Positions 47,102 to 55,143 of a DNA stretch of 60,767 nt are shown piece by piece. Position numbers and translations under genes: made by a program. The notes below the pieces were generated by a model. The model worked only from the letters and a program-made list of their open reading frames with translations. It was not told the DNA's origin and ran no database searches. This stretch comes from a virus (lineage: Duplodnaviria > Caudoviricetes): the IMG/VR virus record IMGVR_UViG_3300033993_001964, positions 1 through 60,767 of that record. One strand, written 5' to 3'. Position 1 is the first letter of the stretch. Each line of letters begins with the position of its first letter.

Positions 47102-47305
47102 ATGTCGAGCGAGAACCGTGAGTCGAAGGCCCCAGCTGTGGCGGCCATGCAGTTCATCCGTTTGGATGAGTGCCGTGACCGGCTGTGTGCCGGCCCGGTG
47201 GAGGTTGATCGGTCTGCCTTTGTCCGTGCGTTGGCTCACTGCACCAACGGCGAACGACGCGAGGTGGCTGACATGCTCCTCGCCGAGAAGTTCGGGGAGC
47301 TGTGA
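47102..47305 (+). CDS. Hypothetical protein
   Basis: GGAGGTGTCCC-ATG leader identical to that of 43529. Confidence 0.65.
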   Translation: MSSENRESKAPAVAAMQFIRLDECRDRLCAGPVEVDRSAFVRALAHCTNGERREVADMLLAEKFGEL

Positions 47306-47472
47306 TGAACTACAACTTCAGCGAGTTGCTGGGTCTTATTGACCCGGCGTTCAAGCTGGCGTTCGGCCTGGCCGGGATGGTGCAAACCCACCCGGACCAG
47401 GTCACTGCCTGCTGTGCCCTGTATATCGCAGGTGCCAGGTTTCTCACGGTCCTCCGCCGCCGGCGGATCTGA
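47305..47472 (+). CDS. Small hydrophobic protein with basic tail (55 aa, not in ORF track)
   Basis: TGATG coupling; MNYNFSELLGLIDPAFKLAFGLAG...LRRRRI. Confidence 0.5.
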   Translation: MNYNFSELLGLIDPAFKLAFGLAGMVQTHPDQVTACCALYIAGARFLTVLRRRRI

Positions 47473-47531
47473 CCAGACGCATGGGTCGTGCGACCCACGT
47501 CAATCTCTTCTCTCCATTCTGGAGGTGTTCG

Positions 47532-47765
47532 ATGGCTGATCCTGTCACGGATGATGGCCCGAAGGTGATCGACGTCTTGCTTGATAGCAAGGTTGTCGGC
47601 CAGGTATTCGGCGTGGGTCGACGGTTCTACTTCATCCTCACCGACGAGCGCGACGACAAGCCGCGCGGTTGGTATCGCAATGCCGACGCTGCCGTCGAGG
47701 CGGCATGGCATCAGGCGAAGGTGCTCGAGCAGGCAGAGTTCTGGGAGATCATGCTCGACACCTGA
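47532..47765 (+). CDS. Hypothetical protein
   Basis: GGAGGTG RBS, ATG 47532. Confidence 0.65.
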   Translation: MADPVTDDGPKVIDVLLDSKVVGQVFGVGRRFYFILTDERDDKPRGWYRNADAAVEAAWHQAKVLEQAEFWEIMLDT

Positions 47766-47789
47766 TCTAGGCAAAGTGCAGCACTGTGC

Positions 47790-47803
47790 TGTACGTTAGT
47801 ACA
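47790..47803. promoter_or_regulatory. TGTAC-N4-GTACA palindromic operator
   Basis: TGTACGTTAGTACA, intergenic, upstream of 47876. Confidence 0.55.
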
Positions 47804-47810
47804 CCTCCCG

Positions 47811-47857
47811 GCAGGCGGGCCGCTTCAGTCGCAAGGCTGGGCGGCCCGTCTGCTTTT
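47811..47857 (+). terminator. Long stem-loop with GCAA tetraloop plus U tract
   Basis: GCAGGCGGGCCGC..CAGTC-GCAA-GGCTG.GCGGCCCGTCTGC TTTT. Confidence 0.65.
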
Positions 47858-47875
47858 CACACTGAAAGGGAACCG

Positions 47876-48715
47876 ATGACGATTCAGATTGCTGGCTCTG
47901 CGGCGATTGCCTTCGGGCAGAACAAGCCGCACCTCCGCTCACTGTTGCAGACAGCCTGCGACAATCAGGGGTGGGGCAAGATGGTCAACCGCCCACCGTC
48001 CAAGCACAGCTCGCTCGAGCGTGCCATGCAGACGGTGTGCAAGGGGCTCTCGATCGAGGCCGACGCGGTGTTATCCGTGCGGGCACTCGAGCCTGAGCTT
48101 TCGTTCGAGGCGACGCGTGTCCGCAAGGGCACGACGCGCAACACGGTGACGCACCTCGCTTCCGCTCAGGTGGACGAGGCTGCTGGCCGTGTGACACTGG
48201 TCAGCTGGAACCCTCAGGCCGACAGCCTTCAGCTGTCTACCGATTTGGATGCGGAGTACCAGAGCAACCTGCTCTATGTAACTCCGGCCCAGCTGCACGG
48301 TGTCATCGCCAATGTAGTAGCCAAGCTCAAGGGCGTGGAGCTGGGCGGACGGAATGTCTTCTACATCCCACAGTCTGGGGTGCAGACGTTCAGTCAGTGG
48401 CAGTCCGATGCCCAGATCTCTAGCTACCACACCGTGCCTCTCGAGACTGCCAAGTCTCCGGACACAGTGAAGCACATCCTCGACCAGCTCAACGAGGAGG
48501 TGACGCGAGAGGGTGCGGCAGTGCTAGAGGCAGCGGCCTCTGGTTCTGTCGAGCCGCGATCGGCGAAGGCTATGGCCAAGCGTGCTCGTGCACTAGTCGA
48601 CAAGATCAAGTCGTACGAGTCGGCGCTTGGTCAGTGCCTTGACTGGATGCGTGAGCCGCTCGAGCAGGCAGAGAGTGCACTGGCCGTCACCACCCTGCTG
48701 TCGGTGTCAGCATGA
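47876..48715 (+). CDS. Hypothetical protein of the type found beside AAA/VWA modules (DUF3150/DUF6744-like)
   Basis: GVELGGRNVFYIP motif and helical C-terminus (KIKSYESALG); gene context. Confidence 0.55.
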   Translation: MTIQIAGSAAIAFGQNKPHLRSLLQTACDNQGWGKMVNRPPSKHSSLERAMQTVCKGLSIEADAVLSVRALEPELSFEATRVRKGTTRNTVTHLASAQVDEAAGRVTLVSWNPQADSLQLSTDLDAEYQSNLLYVTPAQLHGVIANVVAKLKGVELGGRNVFYIPQSGVQTFSQWQSDAQISSYHTVPLETAKSPDTVKHILDQLNEEVTREGAAVLEAAASGSVEPRSAKAMAKRARALVDKIKSYESALGQCLDWMREPLEQAESALAVTTLLSVSA

Positions 48716-48930
48716 GATACCGAGCCGGAGACAGGGTGACTTTGGTTGCGATGGGTGCTGACATTGACCCGGTCCCTTCGGGCTCTGAGGGGACGGTGAC
48801 TCACGTAACAGAACTGCAGTTCGCGGGCGAAGACCAGCTGCAGGTAGGCGTCCAGTGGGACAACGGCCGAAGCCTGTCGTGCATAGTCCCTCCGGACGTC
48901 CTTGTTCGGACAGATCCATACGCCCCCTGA
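48712..48930 (+). CDS. DUF4314-like protein
   Basis: GDRVTLVAM..D.DPVPSGSEGTV...VQWDNGRSL; stop lies inside motif copy 6. Confidence 0.75.
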   Translation: MRYRAGDRVTLVAMGADIDPVPSGSEGTVTHVTELQFAGEDQLQVGVQWDNGRSLSCIVPPDVLVRTDPYAP

Positions 48931-48956
48931 TTTCAGGGGCCGGCGATTACTAGTAG
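48923..48956 (+). repeat. Early cassette motif copy 6
   Basis: CCCCCTGATTTCAGGGGCCGGCGATTACTAGTAG. Confidence 0.9.
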
Positions 48957-49006
48957 AGGGCAGCGCGTGCTGCTCCGTTCTTTCAGTTTCTAACCAGGAG
49001 ATTTCT

Positions 49007-50119
49007 ATGGCCACTCATACGGCCAACGAGTCCTTGTTCATTGCATTGCAGGTCGTTCCGTCCATTGTGTGGGGCGGCACCGGCGTTGGTAAGACGACGG
49101 TCATCGGCCAGTTGGCGAAGGCGCTCAAGCGTAACTTCCACCTGCTGATTGGCTCGACTCACCTGCCTGAGGATTTCTCCGGTTACCCGGACGCTGACCG
49201 CGAGGCCGGCGTGATCCGCATGATGCCCACCTCGTGGGTGCAGGACTTCAAGGACGGGCTCGGGTTCCTGTTGCTTGACGAGTTCACGTGCGTGCCGCCG
49301 ACGACGATGGCTGCAGAGCTGTCGCTCATCACGGAACGACGCGTTGGTGACGTGACTCTGCCAGAGTCAACGATCATCGTGGCTGCTGCCAATCCTCCGG
49401 AGCTTGCTCCAGGTGGCAACGCACTGCCGCCGTCGATGCGCAGTCGGTTCTTCCATTACCGGTGGCAGGTCGACCGCAACGAGTTGTTCAAGGGTTATCG
49501 GGCTGGCCTTGAGTGGTCGGCTCCGTCGTTCCCGACAGTGCCCGCAGATCATCGCCAGCTGTATCCCAAGTACGGCGCGTTGGTCGAGGCGTTCCTGCGG
49601 TCGGCTCCCGACTGCATGGAGAAGCTGCCGGACAGCGACGAGTGCCTGAGCTTTCCTAACCCACGCACGTGGTCGTACGTGGTCAAGGTGCTCAGTGCTG
49701 CCGAGTCGGTCGGGCACCAGCCCGGCAGCGGCGTGTTCCGCGAGCTGATCACTGGCTGCGTTGGCGACGCTGCCGGCGGTGAGTTCATGCGGTACATGGC
49801 GACGCTGGATCTGGTCAACCCAGCTGCGATCCTCGATGGCAGCGAGAAGTTCAAGTACAAGCCCGGCCGCCCGGACCTGTGCATCTGCTTGCTCACTGGC
49901 CTGGTCAAGGAGCTCCGCTCCGACACCGACCAGGAGCGTTGGACGCGTGCCGCTCACGCGTTCATTGAGATCGGAGAGAACGAGATCGAGACGTTCCTCT
50001 CCCAGTTCAAGCCGCTCTGGGCGACCGTGTCTCAGGGTGGTGTTCGACCGGACGGATGGATGCCGGCTACTGGCCTCATGAACAAGCTAATGAAGCTCGT
50101 GCCGCAGGGCCTCAACTGA
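49007..50119 (+). CDS. MoxR-like AAA+ ATPase
   Basis: WGGTGVGKT Walker A, PEDFSGYP, LLLDE Walker B, AAANPP sensor 1, LPPSMRSRF, FPNPRTW; AGGAG RBS. Confidence 0.9.
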   Translation: MATHTANESLFIALQVVPSIVWGGTGVGKTTVIGQLAKALKRNFHLLIGSTHLPEDFSGYPDADREAGVIRMMPTSWVQDFKDGLGFLLLDEFTCVPPTTMAAELSLITERRVGDVTLPESTIIVAAANPPELAPGGNALPPSMRSRFFHYRWQVDRNELFKGYRAGLEWSAPSFPTVPADHRQLYPKYGALVEAFLRSAPDCMEKLPDSDECLSFPNPRTWSYVVKVLSAAESVGHQPGSGVFRELITGCVGDAAGGEFMRYMATLDLVNPAAILDGSEKFKYKPGRPDLCICLLTGLVKELRSDTDQERWTRAAHAFIEIGENEIETFLSQFKPLWATVSQGGVRPDGWMPATGLMNKLMKLVPQGLN

Positions 50120-50146
50120 TTCTTACTCTCACGAAAGGAGGTGGCC

Positions 50147-50515
50147 ATGGGCCACGACGTTAAGTGGATTGACGGTGGTGATCAGAAGGACTATCCGGGC
50201 GGCATCGCTCTCCGCAATGCGGACGATGCCAAGCAGATCCTTCTCCAGACCGTGCGGCAGATCTGTCCAGACTGCCCGCCGGGTGACTTCAACAGCCGTG
50301 CTCGCGTGCTTGCTCAGGCGATCACGATCCTGACGGCGACTGTCCTTCGCAGTGGCACGACCGCCATTGCCGAAGGCAGTGCCACTGTCGAGGAGATTGC
50401 AATGTCCAGTGCATACGCCACGCACATGCTGTGCCAGGCGGTGGCTGACTTGCTGACCCAAGACGTGGAGATCCTGGTTTCTGACCGACTCAACCCCGAG
50501 TTCTCATCGAACTAG
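50147..50515 (+). CDS. Hypothetical protein between AAA and VWA genes
   Basis: AGGAGGT RBS, ATG 50147. Confidence 0.7.
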   Translation: MGHDVKWIDGGDQKDYPGGIALRNADDAKQILLQTVRQICPDCPPGDFNSRARVLAQAITILTATVLRSGTTAIAEGSATVEEIAMSSAYATHMLCQAVADLLTQDVEILVSDRLNPEFSSN

Positions 50516-50525
50516 AGAGGAGCCG

Positions 50526-51890
50526 ATGACACCAAGAGACAAGCTGGCTCAGGGCCGGGTGCGTACTTTCGAGTACGCCCCCTACCTGGCCAGCTACATC
50601 TATTCGCTCAAGCAGCAGGAGACGCCAGGCTCTGGCACCTGCGGCGTGACGAAGGACGGGATCCTTTGCTGGGATCCCAAGTTTGTTGACAGCCTCGATC
50701 GGGACTCACTTGCTTACGTGATCCTGCACGAGGCTTTGCATCTCATCTTCCGCCACCACGTGCGGGCCGGTGAGGTGTACGGCGAGACGCCTGACCCCCA
50801 GTTGCAGCTTGCGATGAACATCGCCGGCGACCTGGTGATCGAGCAGACGCTGGGTTTCATGCGGCCACTGCGTCCGCCTGGAGCTGTGTATCTGGGGGCG
50901 CCGTGCCCTCAGTTAGGTATCGAACTCAACTTCCCGCCCAACCTGGACATGCTCCAGTACTACGGGCTCATCACCTCAGCGTTACGCGACAGGCCCAAGC
51001 GGCCGGGTGGTAGTCCAGGCGACGAGCAGGAAGACGAGAAGGATGGCAGTGACGAGGGCGATGGGGTCGGCAACAGCCGGGTCCAGAACAAGTCACCTCA
51101 AAAGCAGGGCGGCAAGAAGGGCTCATCCAACCAGCCCAACGGCCGTTCTGCTGCGTGCCAACCCGGATCGGGTGGCAGTGCAGGTGACGGGGTACGACGC
51201 CCGTACGAAGCGGAAGACGAATCTTGGCAGGCCTTCCAGGAGCTGGTGAATGCCGGCAACCTAGAACAAGCCATCGCCAAGCACGAGGCTCAGCATCCAG
51301 GCAGTGTTCCCGGCTTCATCAAGGAGCAGATCAGACACTTCCTCAGACCACAGCCCGATCCGTTCGAGCACCTACGCAGTGTCGTGGCAAGCGCCACTGC
51401 TAGTCCGCTCGGCGGGAGGGCGGCTTCGTACCGCAGGCTGTCGCGTAAGCAGCCAGCGGACATCGCCAGACTGCGTGGCCTGCTTTCAACGCAGGCTTCA
51501 GCAGTTGTGATCGTGGATACGAGCGGGTCGATGGGTGATCGGGAGACAAAGGAGAAGGCACTTGAGGTAGTGGCGAAAGGACTACGCAAGCTCAAGTCCG
51601 TCAAGGTTGTCTGTGCCGACACCAGGATCACCAGTTCGCAGCGACTCACAAGCGTTGCGAACTTCGAGTGGACGGGCGGCGGCGGCACCGACATGGCCGC
51701 AGCCCTCGAGGAAGTTGACCGGACCGACAGACCAGACAGCATCGTGCTCATCACTGACGCGATGACTGGCTGGCCTGCTCGGCAGACGCGGGCCAGGGTG
51801 GTCGTTGCCCTCACCTGCGACAGCTGCTACCGCGAGAGTATCCCTCGCTGGTGCAAGACAGTTCCCCTTTACCAAAGGAGCGACGCATGA
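50526..51890 (+). CDS. DUF2201-like metallopeptidase plus VWA domain protein
   Basis: ILHEALH (HExxH), NIAGDLVI, disordered linker, VIVDTSGSM MIDAS, GGGGTDM, LITD. Confidence 0.9.
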   Translation: MTPRDKLAQGRVRTFEYAPYLASYIYSLKQQETPGSGTCGVTKDGILCWDPKFVDSLDRDSLAYVILHEALHLIFRHHVRAGEVYGETPDPQLQLAMNIAGDLVIEQTLGFMRPLRPPGAVYLGAPCPQLGIELNFPPNLDMLQYYGLITSALRDRPKRPGGSPGDEQEDEKDGSDEGDGVGNSRVQNKSPQKQGGKKGSSNQPNGRSAACQPGSGGSAGDGVRRPYEAEDESWQAFQELVNAGNLEQAIAKHEAQHPGSVPGFIKEQIRHFLRPQPDPFEHLRSVVASATASPLGGRAASYRRLSRKQPADIARLRGLLSTQASAVVIVDTSGSMGDRETKEKALEVVAKGLRKLKSVKVVCADTRITSSQRLTSVANFEWTGGGGTDMAAALEEVDRTDRPDSIVLITDAMTGWPARQTRARVVVALTCDSCYRESIPRWCKTVPLYQRSDA

Positions 51891-52216
51891 GTCGTCCGTC
51901 GAAGTCGGGCATGACGCCCGCACTGTTTACCCAGCTCTACATGGAGAGCTGGAAGGCCGGGCATTCTGTCCGGCAGTTTGCGGAACGCATCAAGACCACA
52001 GTGGGGCGTGTCCACTCGCGGGTCCAGTACTACCGCAAGAAGGGCGCTGCCCTGCCTGACCTTCGCAGGGTTCCGCCCGGCGGGTCGAGCGGCAATGCCC
52101 TGCCGGTCGCTGACATGAACGCGATCATCTCGCGTGCGATGGAGTATAGGGGCACGGTTCCGGACGCTGTCCGCCCGGCCCCGAGCAACGGCCGATTGGT
52201 CGGCAACGTGTCCTGA
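51887..52216 (+). CDS. Small putative helix-turn-helix DNA-binding protein
   Basis: SVRQFAERIKTTVGRVHSRVQYYRKKG; AAGGAG RBS, ATGA overlap. Confidence 0.6.
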   Translation: MSRPSKSGMTPALFTQLYMESWKAGHSVRQFAERIKTTVGRVHSRVQYYRKKGAALPDLRRVPPGGSSGNALPVADMNAIISRAMEYRGTVPDAVRPAPSNGRLVGNVS

Positions 52217-52223
52217 TTCATTT

Positions 52224-52275
52224 GCCTGGAGGGTGGGGCTGCGTATGCCCTGCCCTCCAGGCTCTCTCTTTTTTT
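52224..52275 (+). terminator. Intrinsic terminator-like hairpin
   Basis: GCCTGGAGGGTGGGGC...GCCCTGCCCTCCAGGC then TCTCTCTTTTTTT. Confidence 0.7.
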
Positions 52276-52286
52276 GGAGATACAGC

Positions 52287-53294
52287 ATGCTTGTGATGGA
52301 ATCTGCTGCACCAGAAAAGGTACAGCTCAACAAGAAGATCTACGGGTGGGGCGAGCTCGATGCCGCCGTCACCGACAAGGCTCGCCTTACGAAAGAGACG
52401 CCGCTTAGCCAAGAGGCTTTGGCTCGGTGCCTCAAGTTCTTTGGTCACGCTCGGATGGCCCAGATCGAGGAGCGAGTGCTGGCTGTTGCCTGCGGAAGCC
52501 ACATCAGCCTCGTGTACACCCACACCTCTCCAGGATGCGGGCTCGAGAGCCTCGAGATTCAGCGCCATGTCAATGTCTATCCGGCACAAGGCGGTCGCAC
52601 CTCGTACGAGATAGACATGAAAGTCAACGGGTACTTTGCCAACAAGCACCTGCCGATGCGTGCAAAGGATCGCGGCGGCAAGTCCATATACCGCAATACC
52701 AAGTGGTACTACGGGCAGAGCGGCATGTACCAGCCCGGAGTAGGTCCGCTGTACTGTGACATCGGCCCCACCTGCCAGGCCGCAACGCACGAGGAGATCG
52801 TGCAGAAGATCACGGCTGCCGACTGGATCGCTGAGTCGTGGCGCGACAGGGCCGTGTCGTTCCTCGACAAGGTGACGGCGGCAGTCGCACCCTTCGGCGA
52901 TGCGGTTGTTCGGTTCGAGGTAGACGGCTTGGACCGCCAGAAAGATGGCGATCCTATTTACGACTTCTCCCTGCAGTCGTGGGTCAGCGGGTACGAGACT
53001 GTTATCCGCAGTGAGTATGGTGCCCTTGTGAAGATCAAGCACCCGGCACGCAAGGACTCTGGAGGGTGGGAGCACCAGCCGGACCTGGTCGTGGCCGTGA
53101 CTGGCCCGCCAGCTGGCTGGCAGGATCCAGAAGATCTTCTGTACATGGTGTCAAGGGCTCACGGTGGCGGAGGTCGTGTGCCGTTGCGCGACCGCGCGCC
53201 ACAGGGGACAATGAACGCCATCTACCGGAAGCAATCGTCCATCGTGGACGTTGTCCGGCAGTGGTGCGGTGAGCACATCAACATCCCTGCATAA
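52287..53294 (+). CDS. Hypothetical protein (335 aa)
   Basis: GGAG RBS, ATG 52287; no recognised motif. Confidence 0.7.
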   Translation: MLVMESAAPEKVQLNKKIYGWGELDAAVTDKARLTKETPLSQEALARCLKFFGHARMAQIEERVLAVACGSHISLVYTHTSPGCGLESLEIQRHVNVYPAQGGRTSYEIDMKVNGYFANKHLPMRAKDRGGKSIYRNTKWYYGQSGMYQPGVGPLYCDIGPTCQAATHEEIVQKITAADWIAESWRDRAVSFLDKVTAAVAPFGDAVVRFEVDGLDRQKDGDPIYDFSLQSWVSGYETVIRSEYGALVKIKHPARKDSGGWEHQPDLVVAVTGPPAGWQDPEDLLYMVSRAHGGGGRVPLRDRAPQGTMNAIYRKQSSIVDVVRQWCGEHINIPA

Positions 53295-53304
53295 GGAGCA
53301 ACTC

Positions 53305-53550
53305 GTGAAAGTTATTGTCCACATCCGAAAGGCAGTGGAGGTTGAGGTGCCTGACTGCCTGGTGCCCACGCGCCAGGACAGGTACAGCAACCACGCCATG
53401 CAAAGCTTTGCCATCGACTCGGCACTTGCCACGCTGCACGACAGCCACTGGGAAGAGCGTGAGGGATGGGGAGGCAGGAAGTACACCCAGCACGGTGCGT
53501 TGGGATACATCGAGTATCCGAAGAAGGACCTCACGTCCGGAGCAATCTGA
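53305..53550 (+). CDS. Hypothetical protein
   Basis: TAAGGAG RBS, GTG start, TGATG coupling to the recombinase. Confidence 0.65.
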   Translation: MKVIVHIRKAVEVEVPDCLVPTRQDRYSNHAMQSFAIDSALATLHDSHWEEREGWGGRKYTQHGALGYIEYPKKDLTSGAI

Positions 53551-54281
53551 TGGCCACCGTGTTTGGGTACGGCCGTCACTCCACCGACAAGCAGGGCCTC
53601 ACCGAAGAGGCTCAGCAGGTCAAGGTAGAGTCGTACATACGGTCCACCCTGCCGCACCTAGCGTACGGCGGGTGGCTGTATGACTCGGCCGTGAGTGGGA
53701 AGAAGCCTCTGTTCGAGAGGCCGAAAGGGCGGAACTTACTTGCGCTCGCACAGCCAGGAGATCACCTGGTGTGGGCCAAGCTAGACCGCGCCTTTCGTTC
53801 TGTTGTCGACGGCGCCAGCACTCTCGCAATGCTGGCACACAAGGGCGTGTACGTGCACAGTCTCGATCTGGGGCTGGACACAAGCACTGCCGTTGGCCGT
53901 TGCGTATGCACGGTCATGCTCGCATTCGCCGAGCTTGAACGTGAGTACGCAAGTGAGCGAACCCAAGAGGCGTTGGGTGCGAAGAAGCGAGCCGGCCTGC
54001 CCTATGGAGGGGGCGTCCCGATCGGATGGAAGAAGATCGGAAGGGGAAAGGACGGCCGGTTTGTTCCTGACCCAGTTGAACGTAGCCAGGCGATAGCCAT
54101 CGCCGAGATGAGGGCTGAAGGATCCAGCCAGGAAGACATAGTCACTGAGCTTCGTGGACTACGCCGGCCCTGCGGCCGGGAGTGGCACCGCGAGTCAGTG
54201 AGGAGAGCTATCCTGGCGGCAAGTCTTCAGTTCCCAAAAGCTGTGACAGAGTCCGAACTGCAATCTTTAGTCGCGACCTGA
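53550..54281 (+). CDS. Serine recombinase (resolvase/invertase family)
   Basis: VFGYGRHSTDKQ (catalytic Ser), DSAVSG, RP, GDHLVWAKLDRAFR, AFAELERE..SERT..AL, PIGW. Confidence 0.9.
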   Translation: MATVFGYGRHSTDKQGLTEEAQQVKVESYIRSTLPHLAYGGWLYDSAVSGKKPLFERPKGRNLLALAQPGDHLVWAKLDRAFRSVVDGASTLAMLAHKGVYVHSLDLGLDTSTAVGRCVCTVMLAFAELEREYASERTQEALGAKKRAGLPYGGGVPIGWKKIGRGKDGRFVPDPVERSQAIAIAEMRAEGSSQEDIVTELRGLRRPCGREWHRESVRRAILAASLQFPKAVTESELQSLVAT

Positions 54282-54735
54282 CCAGCTTCTCGTTCAGCTG
54301 AAACACTACGGCGATCTCACGGATCGACATCCCGTAGACATATCTGCTCGCAACCAACCGCCTCTCTGCGGCAGGCAATACGCTCAGGGCGGCCGGTAGC
54401 ATTTGGCTCCGGCCGCTCTGACGTTGCGCCATTCTTTCTGCGAGCTCGTACGGCACCCGGTCAGGGCTGTCGTACTTCAACCTCTGGCTTCGAGCCAGCT
54501 CTTTTAGCAACGCGTTCCTGATGGCCGACGAGAAGTAGGTAGTGATCTTGCTCTTCGTCTCGTCGTACGTCTGGGCTGCACGGCAGATCGCCATGTACGC
54601 CACTGACTGTCCGTCAATGCTACGCAGCTTCCGCTTGATTCCCGGATAGGACTTGCCCATAGCGTTGATGACTACCGGCACTATGGCCATAGCCTCTTCC
54701 GCTAACGCGCGCTCCCGATCCGTCATTGGCCGCAT
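54208..54735 (-). CDS. Phage-encoded sigma70-family RNA polymerase sigma factor
   Basis: Region 2 (AYMAICRAAQTYDETKSKITTYFSSAIRNALLKEL) and region 4 (ALSVLPAAERRLVASRYVYGMSIREIA...VRSRLKIAVRTL). Confidence 0.85.
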   Translation of the reverse strand: MRPMTDRERALAEEAMAIVPVVINAMGKSYPGIKRKLRSIDGQSVAYMAICRAAQTYDETKSKITTYFSSAIRNALLKELARSQRLKYDSPDRVPYELAERMAQRQSGRSQMLPAALSVLPAAERRLVASRYVYGMSIREIAVVFQLNEKLVRSRLKIAVRTLSQLLGTEDLPPG

Positions 54736-54763
54736 GCTGTACCCGCACGGTTCACGCGCGTTC

Positions 54764-54792
54764 TGCGCGTACGTACAGTGTACCTGCGTACA
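54764..54792. promoter_or_regulatory. Tandem TGTAC-N4-GTACA operators upstream of the sigma gene
   Basis: TGCGCGTACGTACA (54764-54777), G, TGTACCTGCGTACA (54779-54792); five GTAC within 54739-54791. Confidence 0.55.
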
Positions 54793-54801
54793 TGCCTGGC
54801 C

Positions 54802-54834
54802 GTGAGCTTAGTGGCTACCAGTCCACTAGCTCAC
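54802..54834 (-). terminator. Stem-loop between the LamG operon and the sigma gene
   Basis: GTGAGCT(T)AGTGG / CCACTAGCTCAC inverted repeat overlapping the stop at 54826. Confidence 0.45.
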
Positions 54835-55143
54835 AGGGCTAGGGGACTCTGGCAGCAGGGTAATGGCGTCAGCCAGCGGGATGACTTCGATCTGCTGCAT
54901 CATCTCTGGCGTTACAAACGCAAACCCGCCCGCCAGAATCCCGCCTTCTCCCACCTCGCTGAGAACGTCGCCGCAGAGCATCCAGCGGCCATCGGTGAGT
55001 TGCCGACCGGCTGGAACGTGGCGAGGGTCGCCGTGCTCCTCCTGCACGCCGTACAGCGCGACGGCGATCTCGTAGGGGTAGACCAACGCAAGGTCTTTGC
55101 AGTCGGCGTAGGGCACTGGGAGTGTGAGTTCGGAGAGCAGCAT
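54826..55143 (-). CDS. Hypothetical protein (possible chaperone/partner of the LamG protein)
   Basis: TGATG coupling; QLTDGRWMLCGDVLSEVGEGG. Confidence 0.7.
   Translation of the reverse strand: MLLSELTLPVPYADCKDLALVYPYEIAVALYGVQEEHGDPRHVPAGRQLTDGRWMLCGDVLSEVGEGGILAGGFAFVTPEMMQQIEVIPLADAITLLPESPSPVS

Noticed and set aside
42945-48956. CRISPR array
   Set aside because: Repeats are separated by 0.4-1.9 kb of coding genes, not 30-40 nt spacers; no cas genes
53550-54281. IS607-type insertion sequence
   Set aside because: No adjacent TnpB, no N-terminal HTH, and the gene is translationally coupled into the phage operon
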